DNA of 64,000 nt, from contig CAWCPV010000014.1 in the NCBI GenBank assembly GCA_963797555.1, forward strand, positions 96,001 to 160,000, read 5' to 3'. The stretch comes from an uncultured Gammaproteobacteria bacterium (GTDB taxonomy: Bacteria > Pseudomonadota > Gammaproteobacteria > CAWCPV01). Shown piece after piece: positions 50,803 to 60,456 of the stretch (the stretch's first letter is position 1; the number at the start of each line of letters is the position of its first letter). Made by a program: the position numbers and the translations under genes. The notes beneath the pieces were generated by a model, which was not told where the DNA came from, did not search any database, and was given only the letters and a program-made list of their open reading frames with translations.

Positions 50803-53328
50803 GTGGCATCGGTTCAGATCTTCCTGTCCACCGTGAGTGCGGAGTTCGCGAGCTACCGCGATGCCCTGCGCCGTGACCTCGACCGCCCCAACGTCACGGT
50901 CAAGGTGCAGGAGGACTTCATCGCCACCGGCACCGAGACGCTGGACAAGCTCGACGAGTACATCCGCCAGTGCCATGCCGTGATCCACCTGGTGGGCGAC
51001 ATGACCGGGGCGCTGGCGCAGCCGCCCTCGGTGGCGGCGCTTCGGCAACGCTATGCGGATCTCGCCGAGCGGCTGCCGGTGCTCGGCCTCTTCCTGAGCC
51101 CCGACGCACTCGCCCTCTCCTACACCCAGTGGGAGGCCTGGCTGGCGCTATATCACGCCAAGGTGCTGATCATCGCCGTGCCGCAAGACGGCGCCCCGCG
51201 GGACGAGCGCTACCGGCTGGAGGAGGCACAGCGCGCCGTCCAGCAGGCCCACCTGGCGCGCCTGGCAGAGGTCGAGCGCTACCCGGAGATCCGCTTCGCC
51301 AACGCCGACCGGCTGGCGGTCGACGTGCTGCGCTCCAAGCTGCAGGACATCCTCGCCCTGGCCGGGGCGCTAGCCAAGCCCAACAACCTCCCTTACACCT
51401 CCCTCGGCAGCCTGTTCAAGGGCCGCGAGACGTTCCTCGAAGCCCTGCGCACCGAGTTCCTACGCGAGCCCGCGCGCGCCGTGGTGGTGTACGGGCTGGG
51501 GGGCGTAGGCAAGACCCGCCTCGCCGTCGAGTACGCCTGGCGCCATGCAGCCGAGTACCGGGCGCTGCTCACCGCGCCGGCCGACAGCCCCGAGTCCCTT
51601 AACCGCGGCATCGCCGCCCTGTGCAAGCCGCTCGGGCTCCCCGAGCACGAGGCCCGGGAGGAGGCGGTGCAGGTGGAGGCCGCGCTCCGATGGCTCGGGG
51701 CGCACCCCGGCTGGCTGCTCATTCTGGACAACACCGACACGCGGGAGGCGGTGGCTGCAGTCGAGAATCTGCTGCCCCGGCTCCAGCGCGGACACGCGCT
51801 CATCACCTCGCGCGTAAGCGAGTGGAGCGGGGGCGTCAAGACACGGGATCTCGACGTGCTCGACCCCGACGCGGCGGTGGCCTTCCTGCTGGAGACCACG
51901 GCGGATCGCCGCCGAGTGACCGCCAGCGACGCCCAGGATGCCCGGGCGCTGGCGACCGAGGACCTGGAGGGGCTCGCCCTGGCGCTGGAGCAGGCCGGCG
52001 CCTTCATCAAGCACACTCGTTGCTCGTTCGGGGACTATCGCAGGCGCTGGCGCGCCCGTGAGGAGAAGGTGCGTGCGTGGCACGACGCCCGCCTGATGCA
52101 GCACCCGCGCAGCGTGCTGGTGACCTGGGATGCGAGCCTCGAGCAGCTCGATGGCGCCGCCCGGGCGCTGATGAACCTCCTCTGCTGGCTCGCCCCCGCG
52201 CCGCTGCCGCGTGCCCTTCTGGAGAGCGAGGCCGCCCGGGCCACGCTCGCCCGGGGGGTCGGCTGGCTGCAGGAGGCAGGCGAGGTGCTGGCAGGCGCCG
52301 ACCCGGAAGAGGCCCTGGCCGCGCTCGCCGCCTTCTCCCTGCTGAGGTGGGATGCCGGCAACGAGGCTGTGCGTCTCCACCGCCTGGTGCAGGAGGTCAC
52401 CCGCGAGCGCATCCCCGACGAGCGCCGCGCCGCCTGGCTGGGCGCCGCGCTGGAGCTGGTCGATACCTATCTCCCAGACGACCCGCCGCCCCAGGACGTG
52501 CGCGCCTGGCCCCGCTGGGAGCCCCTGCGCCCCCACGTGGCGGCGGTGGTGGCCGCCGCCGATGCCGCGGGCATCGAGGCGCCGACCGCCCGCCTGATGA
52601 ACGAATTCGGCCTGTTCCTGCAGACCAAGGCCGTATGGGCCGAGGCCGAGCTGCTCATGCGCCGCGCCCTTGCCATCGACGAGGCGAGCCTCGGCCCCGA
52701 ACATCCCGATGTCGCCCGCGACCTCAACAACGTGGCGCTGCTGCTCAAGGCCACAAACCGCCTAGCCGAGGCCGAGCCGCTCATGCGCCGGGTGGTGACC
52801 ATCTTGGAGAAGAGCTTGGGCCGGGAGCACCCGAGCGTCGCCACCGCCCTCAACAATCTGGCGCATCTGTCCAACCGTCCGGCCGAGCCGCTCATGCGCC
52901 GCGCCCTCGCCATCGACGAGGCGAGCCTCGGGTCCGAGCATCCCGATGTCGCCACCGTCCTCAACAACCTGGCGCAGCTGCTCCACGACACCAACCGCCT
53001 AGCCGAGGCCGAGCCGCTCATGCGCCGGGTGGTGACCATCTTGGAGAAGAGCTTGGGCCGGGAGCACCCGAGCGTCGCCACCGCCCTCAACAACCTGGCG
53101 CGGCTGCTTCAGGCCACCAACCGCCTGGCCGAGGCCGAGCCGCTGAGCCGCCGCCACCTGCAGATCCTCCTGCGCTTCACCGCCGACACCGGCCACCCGC
53201 ATCCGAACCTGGATGCGGCCATCCAGAACTATGCGGGCCTGCTGGCGCAGATGGGCCAGGGCCGGGAGGACATTCAGGCCCGGCTCGACGCACTGCCGCG
53301 CGCGTACGGTCTAGCGCGCGGTCGCTGA
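50803..53328 (+). CDS. DUF4062-like + NB-ARC/STAND NTPase + TPR protein (NLR-like)
   Basis: IFLSTVSAEF, SYTQWE; Walker A GLGGVGKT; Walker B LLILDN; LITSR; GLALALEQA; LHRLVQ; HPDVA..LNNLA repeats. Confidence 0.9.
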   Translation: MASVQIFLSTVSAEFASYRDALRRDLDRPNVTVKVQEDFIATGTETLDKLDEYIRQCHAVIHLVGDMTGALAQPPSVAALRQRYADLAERLPVLGLFLSPDALALSYTQWEAWLALYHAKVLIIAVPQDGAPRDERYRLEEAQRAVQQAHLARLAEVERYPEIRFANADRLAVDVLRSKLQDILALAGALAKPNNLPYTSLGSLFKGRETFLEALRTEFLREPARAVVVYGLGGVGKTRLAVEYAWRHAAEYRALLTAPADSPESLNRGIAALCKPLGLPEHEAREEAVQVEAALRWLGAHPGWLLILDNTDTREAVAAVENLLPRLQRGHALITSRVSEWSGGVKTRDLDVLDPDAAVAFLLETTADRRRVTASDAQDARALATEDLEGLALALEQAGAFIKHTRCSFGDYRRRWRAREEKVRAWHDARLMQHPRSVLVTWDASLEQLDGAARALMNLLCWLAPAPLPRALLESEAARATLARGVGWLQEAGEVLAGADPEEALAALAAFSLLRWDAGNEAVRLHRLVQEVTRERIPDERRAAWLGAALELVDTYLPDDPPPQDVRAWPRWEPLRPHVAAVVAAADAAGIEAPTARLMNEFGLFLQTKAVWAEAELLMRRALAIDEASLGPEHPDVARDLNNVALLLKATNRLAEAEPLMRRVVTILEKSLGREHPSVATALNNLAHLSNRPAEPLMRRALAIDEASLGSEHPDVATVLNNLAQLLHDTNRLAEAEPLMRRVVTILEKSLGREHPSVATALNNLARLLQATNRLAEAEPLSRRHLQILLRFTADTGHPHPNLDAAIQNYAGLLAQMGQGREDIQARLDALPRAYGLARGR
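52640..53150 (+). repeat. 126-bp TPR coding repeats in A-B-A-B order
   Basis: About 100 bp identical between 52756-52857 and 52993-53094; one unit shortened by 5 codons. Confidence 0.85.
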
Positions 53329-53429
53329 CCCATCCTCGCCGAGGCCCCCGAGCGCTGCCGCGATGGGGAGGGCGCGCAGGGGCGTCTGAGGCTCGCGGCA
53401 GCCTAGGAGGGCCGGGCGAGACTGCGCGA

Positions 53430-53670
53430 TCAGCTCCTCGATCTCGGCGTCGATGGCCGGCAGCAGCACAGTTCAGGCAGAACTGCTGCATGCTGTCCGG
53501 GGTGTGCTCGGCGATGTACTTGAGCTTGAGCATGCGGGGTTAGGGCAGGCGCAGGTTGTAGATCGTGGCGACAGTCCTCGCGCCCAGGCGCCTCCCAGGG
53601 ATAGCGCTCGACGGCTACCGGCGCCGGGACCTGCTCCGGCGGCGGGGTCGCCTCGGGCCTGGTCAGGGTG
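53430..53670 (-). pseudogene. Decayed small plasmid-type (ParG/RHH-like) protein
   Basis: Across frames: RYPWEAPG.RED / VATIYNLRLP* / MLKLKYIAEHTPDSMQQFCLN / VLLPAIDAEIEEL. Confidence 0.5.
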
Positions 53671-54379
53671 CCGACCCCTCGCATACCTGGACATGTGTAC
53701 GGCACAGCAGCCTCTTTGCGATCCGCGTCCAGAGCGCGCGTGCTGCTGGTGTCCGGTAGGTGGTGGGTTGCTGCCGTTTCACGGCCCGGCTTCGGGGGGC
53801 GGCCAGTCGCCTGCTGTGCATGCTCGGCGTGCGTGGTATGGTCTCCCATGGTGGTTGAGGAACCATCAGTGTGCGCGACCACCCGGACGGTCGGTTCACG
53901 ACCCCGAGCGGTCATTCAAGAACGCGAAAGTTAGCCGTGGGCGTTTATTAGCCCACGGTTGAAGCTTGAAGCTAGGTCGCCTCAAAATGCGGCTCTGGGA
54001 TAGCCGCTAAGGCCGCGTTCGCCTCCAGGCGCAGGTAATACAGCGGCATCTTCCTGCAAATCCACCGGCGCATCGGTGCACCCAGCACCCCATACACCCG
54101 CCGCGCCGCCTCCGCTCGCACCGGGGACTCGGTTAGCCGCACCTCCCACCGGAGCTCTCCAGCTCCCCCGCGCTCAGGGCACGCCTACGGAACCACCTGC
54201 GCAACCGCTTCGACATCTGCTCCCCCCATCACCTCGCGAACGATGGAGGGCATTGAATCAGCTTCTCGACGCTGTGCCCAGGGGGACCACGAATCTAACC
54301 GCGGGGGGCGTATAACGCCATGGCTACTACCCCGTCGCCGGCGGAGAACGGGTGTGCCAAATGTCACCAGCCAGCCTCG

Positions 54380-55945
54380 TCACGTCCAAAGACTCCATTT
54401 CCCGAAGCCTAGGACCGCCAAGACGATCAGGGCGTTGCTGGTCATGTGGGCGACGACTGCATCACCAATCTCACCGCACCGATAGAGAGCCACGGCAAAG
54501 CCCATGCCCGCAAGGGTTCCGGCAAGCCAGCGGTCATGGAGCAGTCCGAAAAGGACAGATGAGACGACAAACGAAAGCCATGTGAACTGCCCTGGCTGCA
54601 CGTTCTCGAAATTTCTTGCGACCAGCTTCCTGATTAGGTATCCGCGAAACGCGAGTTCCTCTGCGATCGGCACCGTAATCATGGACCCTACGACGCGACA
54701 CGCCACCCAGGCGACTGCAGCCCATTGCGGCAACTCCGCAAGGCCGCGAGTCAGTTCGGCGCCCCCCTGTTCGTTGGGCAGATCGAGAATTAGCCACATC
54801 AGAGACACGCCGACGCCGATCGCCACGCTATGCCAGGATCTTGTCCACCGAATCGGGCCATAGGACGAACGGAAATACCAAAGTGCCACCCCCGTTGTGA
54901 CAACTCCCAGTGGATAGAGAGCCTGGAATCCGCTAGAGAACGCGGCAGTCAGCAGAGTCGTTGCCATCAAGGTCAGTAGTGGAGCGAGTAAGGCGACGGC
55001 CAGCCGCATTCCTTCGTCGACCTGGTCGGCTGCTGCGTTCCCCACAGCGGAGAAGCCGAGCCGGTGTGACAGCCCGACGAGCGCGAGAGCGATAAGGGTA
55101 AACGTGATCCAACCGGCCAGAGAGTGGAACCCGCGGCCTGCAACTTCTGGCGATAGCCAGGCGCCGACCAGGACAAGCGCCGCCACCCGTACGATGTTTG
55201 CCAGCCAAATCGCAACGATGCCGATAGGGTACAGTAGCAATGCCTTCGGAAAGGCAAGATCCCTCCGAAAGAACCAAAGGTAGACCGTCACAAAGACGGC
55301 GATTAGCACGATACCCTCGTAGCCAGAGCAGACGGGCATGATCTCGACCGCGAAGGTATCAGTCCCGAGTAAGTTCTGCGCGGGGACGAATATCGCGTGC
55401 GGATAGATGAGACTCAAGAGTTGGCGACTTGCGAAGAAAGTCAGATCTGTAAAGAATCGCAAGAAGCTCTCTTTCCGAGCGAGTTCGTCGCCGAGCCAGA
55501 GGGCGACACCAGCGCTGGCACCGACCAGCAACGTCATCTTCTCAGCTCGGAGCAGGCGAAGCCACGCCCGGATCGGAGCGACGGCGAGGAGCCACAAGGC
55601 CAAGGCCACACCTCCGGCCGCAAGCCGCGCGGCGAGCCGCCACTCCTGCGGGACGTTGAAAGCCTCACCGAAAGCCTCGCCTGAAGTCCCGAAGACCGAG
55701 AGAGGAATCTGGCTCAAGATAAAAGCGAGTATGTGGCAAACGAGCCACGGCCACCGCCCCCGAAGCCCCTCTGTCTGGAAGGCTGCAACGACGCCTTGCG
55801 AGTGCGGACGAATGGCCAGTACAAAAGCCACCGAAAATCCTACGGCGACCGAGAGGGTGCTCCCCAGCAAATCGGAGCCGAGTTGGTAGCTGAACCAAAG
55901 GATCTCGGCAACGAGGATCGCGGCAAGAGCGATCCACCACCGCAT
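54380..55945 (-). CDS. xrtE: Exosortase E / CAAX-protease fusion (VPEID-CTERM system)
   Basis: VEIMPVCSGYEG, ANIVR, GFHSLAGW; VPIAEELAFRGY, LFGLLH, AHMTSN. Confidence 0.92.
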   Translation of the reverse strand: MRWWIALAAILVAEILWFSYQLGSDLLGSTLSVAVGFSVAFVLAIRPHSQGVVAAFQTEGLRGRWPWLVCHILAFILSQIPLSVFGTSGEAFGEAFNVPQEWRLAARLAAGGVALALWLLAVAPIRAWLRLLRAEKMTLLVGASAGVALWLGDELARKESFLRFFTDLTFFASRQLLSLIYPHAIFVPAQNLLGTDTFAVEIMPVCSGYEGIVLIAVFVTVYLWFFRRDLAFPKALLLYPIGIVAIWLANIVRVAALVLVGAWLSPEVAGRGFHSLAGWITFTLIALALVGLSHRLGFSAVGNAAADQVDEGMRLAVALLAPLLTLMATTLLTAAFSSGFQALYPLGVVTTGVALWYFRSSYGPIRWTRSWHSVAIGVGVSLMWLILDLPNEQGGAELTRGLAELPQWAAVAWVACRVVGSMITVPIAEELAFRGYLIRKLVARNFENVQPGQFTWLSFVVSSVLFGLLHDRWLAGTLAGMGFAVALYRCGEIGDAVVAHMTSNALIVLAVLGFGKWSLWT

Positions 55946-56205
55946 CACGGCCCTTTGGTTCGGTGCCACAGACAGACCAACACGCTTCCGTGACTACGAC
56001 GAGCCACGGAAGGAGCGACAAAGGGCCTCAAGCGAGCCACTGCATGCGGGCCTTCTACAGCGCTGTTAGAGTACGCTCGCGACTTGTCGCGAGGACTAAA
56101 CTCTCTCGCGCGCGGGTCCGCGAGACCGCCACACCACCGACACCCCAGAGTTATAAGAAAACGACGCCCCACCCCCTGGGGCCGATCAGAGATGCCACGG
56201 TATGA

Positions 56206-56439
56206 CTACGGTGTTGTTCGGCGGCGCCGGCGAGATCTTTCTGCGACGAGCACCAAAACCCCGCCCAGAAACGCAAGTGCTTGCGTGCCCGCCCCCACAT
56301 CTATCTCCGGAGCCTCTATTTTCTTGACATGCCCAGGCGCACAGGCGGGAGCGCACAAGCTGATCTCGCTCCTAGCAAATGCAGGCGACGCCGAACTGAT
56401 CGCAAGAACTGCTGCGAGAAGCGTCAGTTGGATTTTCAT
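56206..56439 (-). CDS. VPEID-CTERM sorting-domain protein
   Basis: AAGGAGG RBS; signal peptide, APEID, TM helix, RSRRRRR tail; next to exosortase E. Confidence 0.88.
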   Translation of the reverse strand: MKIQLTLLAAVLAISSASPAFARSEISLCAPACAPGHVKKIEAPEIDVGAGTQALAFLGGVLVLVAERSRRRRRTTP

Positions 56440-56737
56440 CGTGCCCTCCTTATCCCTGAGTGCAAATAACGACGCGAATTGCCCGTCCCGGCATATCCGT
56501 ACGCGGATATCACGAACTAAGTTCGTATCTATAGACCTCTGCGGTGCCTTTGTCAAGGAGGACGTTCGCACGGCCTGTTCAAGGTTACCAGCGCGATCTT
56601 CAAAGTCTCCGTCTCGGTCACCCCCACGGCTTTTGTGCTGCGCTAGCGAGCCCGCTCCGTTCAGACGGGGTCGGTAATCTCCCACCTAACGATCATTGCG
56701 TCTGGCGCCACCCCAGAGGATGAAAGAAGCTGTGGGG

Positions 56738-56911
56738 TGGGAGACGGCGGGAAGAGGTCGCGCAAGTTTTTGGCGGCTCGACCCCGCAACCTAACGTGAC
56801 CCGCCGGACCGACTCGTACCCCGGATTGCTTCCCTACAGAGCGCACGTTAAACAGGCCGTCGGCGGCTTGCCGCCTTCAGGCTCACTCGGTCCGGCACCC
56901 GCCGTCTCCCA
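56738..56911 (+). ncRNA. Candidate bridge/seek RNA of the IS110 element
   Basis: Nested stems 56738-56751/56898-56911 (14 bp) and 56803-56812/56887-56896 (10 bp) enclose target-like and donor-like sequences. Strand assumed. Confidence 0.7.
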
Positions 56912-56941
56912 TCTCTTGAGTGTATTGCGACGGGAGACGAC

Positions 56942-58130
56942 ATGGAACTGGTAGCGATCTTCAAGCGTCTCATCGGTCTGGATGTGCATCAGGGGCAAGT
57001 GACCGCCTGTGCCATCCTTGAGGAGGCCGACGGCCAAGTCTACATCGAGCAACGCCAATTCGGTGCCTTCAAGAAAGACCGCCGGGCGTTCGCGGAGTGG
57101 TGCGCGGGATTTCGCCCGGAGGAGGTGGTCATGGAGAGCACCGGCATTTACTGGAAAAGTCCTTACGCAGCCCTAGAAGGCGCACGGCATCCAAGCCAAG
57201 GTGGTCAACGCCCGCCACGTCAAGCAGGTCCCGGGACGCAAGACCGACATCGGCGATGCCCAGTGGCTGGCCATGTTGGCTCGCGCCGCTCTGTTGCGCG
57301 CCTCCTTCGTGCCGAAGGCCAAACTGCGCGAGCTGCGCCTGATCGCCCGGCAGCGACAGAAGCTCGTGGGCTTGGCTGCCTCGGAGAAGAACCGGCTGCA
57401 CAAGGTGCTCACCGATGGTGGCATCCGCCTGGGGGTGGTGGTGAGCGATATCCACGGCCAGTCGGCCCGTGCCATGCTGAAAGCCCTCATCCAGGGGGCT
57501 GCTGCCCACGAGGTCCTCCCCCTGGCCAGCCGCCGGCTGAAGGCGAGCCGCGAGGAGCTGCTCGATGCCCTGCAGGGGGACCTGACCGAGTCTCATCGCT
57601 TCGTCCTCGATGAATTGATGCGCCACATCGAGGAACTCGAAGCCCGCATCGCCCGCTTCGATGCTCGCTTGCTCGAAGGCCTGAAGGAGGAGGCCAACAG
57701 CCTGCTGTTGTTGCAGACCCTACCAGGGGTCAATGTCATCGGTGCCGCCATGCTGCTGGTGGAAATCGGTAGCGACATGAGCGCCTTCGGTCATGCCGAG
57801 CGGCTCGCTTCCTGGGTGGGTATCTGCCCCGGCAACCACGAGTCGGCCGGCAAGCGCCAATCGGGGCGCACCCGCAAGGGCAACCCCTATGTGCGTCGTC
57901 TGCTGTGCGAGTTCGCCCATGCCGCAAGCCGTACCCGCTTGCGCCGCGGCCGCAAACGAGCCATCATCGCTCTGGCCCACAAGATGTTGCGTATCATCTT
58001 CTGCATGCTCTCGCGCGGCCAACACTACCGGGATTCGGCCACTGACTATGAAGCCCTATTTGTGAAACGCAACGCCCCACGCTGGATCAAGGCCCTCAGC
58101 CGCTACGGCTTCCTGCCAGCCGCCGCCTGA
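56942..58130 (+). CDS. IS110-family DEDD recombinase (frameshift near 57180)
   Basis: IGLDVH, VMESTGIYW, GRKTD..DAQW, TLPGV, NHESAGK (catalytic Ser), KGNPY; apparent short deletion before RRGRKRAIIALAHK. Confidence 0.93.
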
Positions 58131-58513
58131 ACCCTTCACCCCCTCCTCCTATGGCCCTCATCGGCCAGGCTCCGTCACGCCCAAAAACCGGCTTCTTTCA
58201 CGTTAAAGATTGCCTTGACTGGCCGGCCCTGGCCGATTCCGGTCACTGGACCCAGTAACTGCAGTGAAGCGATTCCCGACGCGCGCGCGTAAGGTATGCC
58301 GTAGAGGAGACGCAAGGGAGGCCAGGCGCGGGCCAGAGGGCGGTGCCGTGGCCGTGGAGGCATCACCCGCGGGAAGCGCGCAGTACGCGGATGGTGTCCT
58401 TTCCGCGGTTTACGGGGAAGCTGGTACTCGTCCTCGACGTGAGGCGGCGGCACCGTGTCGCCGGCCGGACCGGCCGGGGGGGAGGGAAGAATGGTGATCA
58501 GGGCATCGAAGTC

Positions 58514-59062
58514 TCAGCGGCCGTAGGTTGCGGTCAGCGTCGCCTTGGCCAGGGCGTTCGAATTCAGATAGAAACCCACCATCGCGCCGCTGGCATCCTC
58601 TTTAAGAGGCAGTTGATCCACCTTCAATGCATAGACGGTGAAGATATACCGGTGAGGCTTGTCGCCCGCCGGCGGACAGGGCCCCCCGTAACCGTGTTGA
58701 CCGTAGTCGGTCCTGCTTTGCACCGACCCTTTGGGGGCCAACCCGCTCTCCGGCCTGCCCGCATCGGCGGGGAGCATATTCGCGGAAGGCGGGATATTGA
58801 AGACCAGCCAGTGCCACCAGCCGCTGCCCGTCGGTGCGTCGGGATCATAGACCGTCACCGCGAAGCTCTTGGTCTCCTTAGGGGCGTTCTGCCAGTGCAG
58901 CTCCGGCGAGACGTTGCCACCCGTGCAGCCGAAACCGGAGAAAACCTGCTCCATCCCGACCGTGCCCTTGTTTTTGACCACGGGGCTGGTAATTTGAAAC
59001 TCGGCCGCAGATAACTGCCCCGCCATCAGGACGATTACCGCCGCCAACCAGAGTCGAGTCAT
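58514..59062 (-). CDS. YbhB/YbcL (PEBP/RKIP-like) periplasmic protein
   Basis: Signal peptide; GNVSPEL, YDPDAPTGSGWWHW, YGGPCPP, HRYIF. Confidence 0.95.
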   Translation of the reverse strand: MTRLWLAAVIVLMAGQLSAAEFQITSPVVKNKGTVGMEQVFSGFGCTGGNVSPELHWQNAPKETKSFAVTVYDPDAPTGSGWWHWLVFNIPPSANMLPADAGRPESGLAPKGSVQSRTDYGQHGYGGPCPPAGDKPHRYIFTVYALKVDQLPLKEDASGAMVGFYLNSNALAKATLTATYGR

Positions 59063-59206
59063 TGTCTTCTCCTTCTCGAAATCGTTATGTCCGGTATCAG
59101 CCCAGGGATAACATCCCATCCATCGCCCGCGACGAGGCAGGGAAGGTGCCAAGCGCCGAGCCGAGAAGCCAGCGATAGCGCGGCGACGGGCTGCGTGCGG
59201 CCCGGC

Positions 59207-59659
59207 TCAGCCGGCTCGTGCGAGTGCCTCCGCGAGCCGCTCTAAGGCGTCCGTCCAACCCGCCTCATGGAGCGCGTGCCGAGCCTCGGTCTTGAACGGG
59301 CTCTGGTCGAGGACGAGCCTCGTACCTCCGTTCTCGTCGCGGAAGGACAGCGTCACCACCGTCTCTCTGTCGTCGGGATCCGGCTCCTCCCATACGAACG
59401 TGTAGACGAGACGCCGCGGCCACTCGACCTCGTGGAACTCACCGCCCAGGTGGAATGCATCCCCCTCGGGCGGCTGCATGGTGATCCGGTACCGGCCACC
59501 TTGGCGAACGTCAAGCTCAAGGCTTGGGCAGGTGAAACCCGCGGGCCCCCACCACTCCGCGAGCTTGTGCGGCTTGATGCACGCGGAGAAGACCTGCTCG
59601 GGGGACGCCCGCAGAACTTTCTCCAGATGCAGCGTCCGACCACCTGAGTCGCCGCCCAT
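59207..59659 (-). CDS. SRPBCC/AHSA1 domain protein
   Basis: SPEQVF, WWGPAG, DVRQGGRYR, ETVVTLSF, GWTDALERL. Confidence 0.9.
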   Translation of the reverse strand: MGGDSGGRTLHLEKVLRASPEQVFSACIKPHKLAEWWGPAGFTCPSLELDVRQGGRYRITMQPPEGDAFHLGGEFHEVEWPRRLVYTFVWEEPDPDDRETVVTLSFRDENGGTRLVLDQSPFKTEARHALHEAGWTDALERLAEALARAG

Positions 59660-59946
59660 ACCGCGATTATGCGTCCTTCCAGCCGGCAATCCAATGCGTC
59701 CCGCGAGCGTCACGTGTTGCGATCGCCTCCCGCCGCCTTGGTCTCGACGCTCACCACGGTCGCCCGTGGACCGGTGGCCCGTCTGGCGACGGCGGCCGGT
59801 CGGTTGCCTAAAGTGTAGCTACCGCGGGTTGCGTCGCCGCCTTCTCGGCCCCAGTTCCTCGCCCCAACTGTGGTCTTGGGCCAGCCCATTGCGGGGTGAT
59901 CTCATGGGCGCGTATGCTCGGCGAGTGGCATCGTGCGAGGCGCGGC

Positions 59947-60156
59947 ATGGACATCCGCAACGGATTGGTCGGGAGCATCGGCAGCACGGCGCTCATCGAG
60001 CTGAAGACCCTGTCGGACAGGACCGGCTGCACCATCCTGGGCAAGGGACGGCCGGAACGCAGATGACCTCGGCCAACGCCCGCGGTCTACAAGACCGTCA
60101 TCGTCATGCCCGACACCCAGTCGCAGGAAAAGAAGGACCTGCTGCGGCTGTTCGGT
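59947..60156 (+). pseudogene. cysK: Cysteine synthase N-terminal fragment
   Basis: MDIRNGLVGSIGSTALIELKTLSDRTGCTILGK, deletion, GTAG, YKTVIVMPDTQSQEKKDLLRLFG. Confidence 0.75.
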
Positions 60157-60157
60157 A

Positions 60158-60412
60158 TACAGCGAGCTGCGCCAGTGGTTGGGCGAGCAGATTGATTCCT
60201 GGGAGGGCCTCATTCAGCTCGTCGGCCCGGCTTACGGCGCGGAGCCGCCCGAGGTGAACCCCGACTATGGTCGTGTCTCCTACACCCAGTTCGAATTCTT
60301 CTACGCCCAGTGCCAGGGCAAGAAAACCTGGATCATTCTTGCCGGCGAACAGTGCCACCGCGACAAACCGCCCGAGACCGCCGAGGAAACCCATCGACGC
60401 GAGCTAGCCCAG
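60158..60412 (+). pseudogene. Internally deleted fragment of a paralog of the 3374 gene
   Basis: [21 protein letters not shown]...VSYTQFE...CHRDKP aligns to 3500-3715, then jumps to the equivalent of about 4030 (EETHRRELA). Confidence 0.85.
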
Positions 60413-60456
60413 AGGCAGCTCAGACTCTCAGGAGCGTTCCACGTGGGTAATGCCGG

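Larger units (their letters stand above)
56715..58209 (+). mobile_element. IS110-family insertion sequence
   Basis: 10-bp subterminal IRs TGAAAGAAGC (56721-56730) and GCTTCTTTCA (58191-58200); shared core AGA at 56715-56717 and 58207-58209; no longer target duplication. Confidence 0.85.

Noticed and set aside
56684-56720. IS110 insertion into an attC site (ACCTAAC upstream)
   Set aside because: The reconstructed empty site lacks a matching GTTRRRY end and a convincing attC fold.
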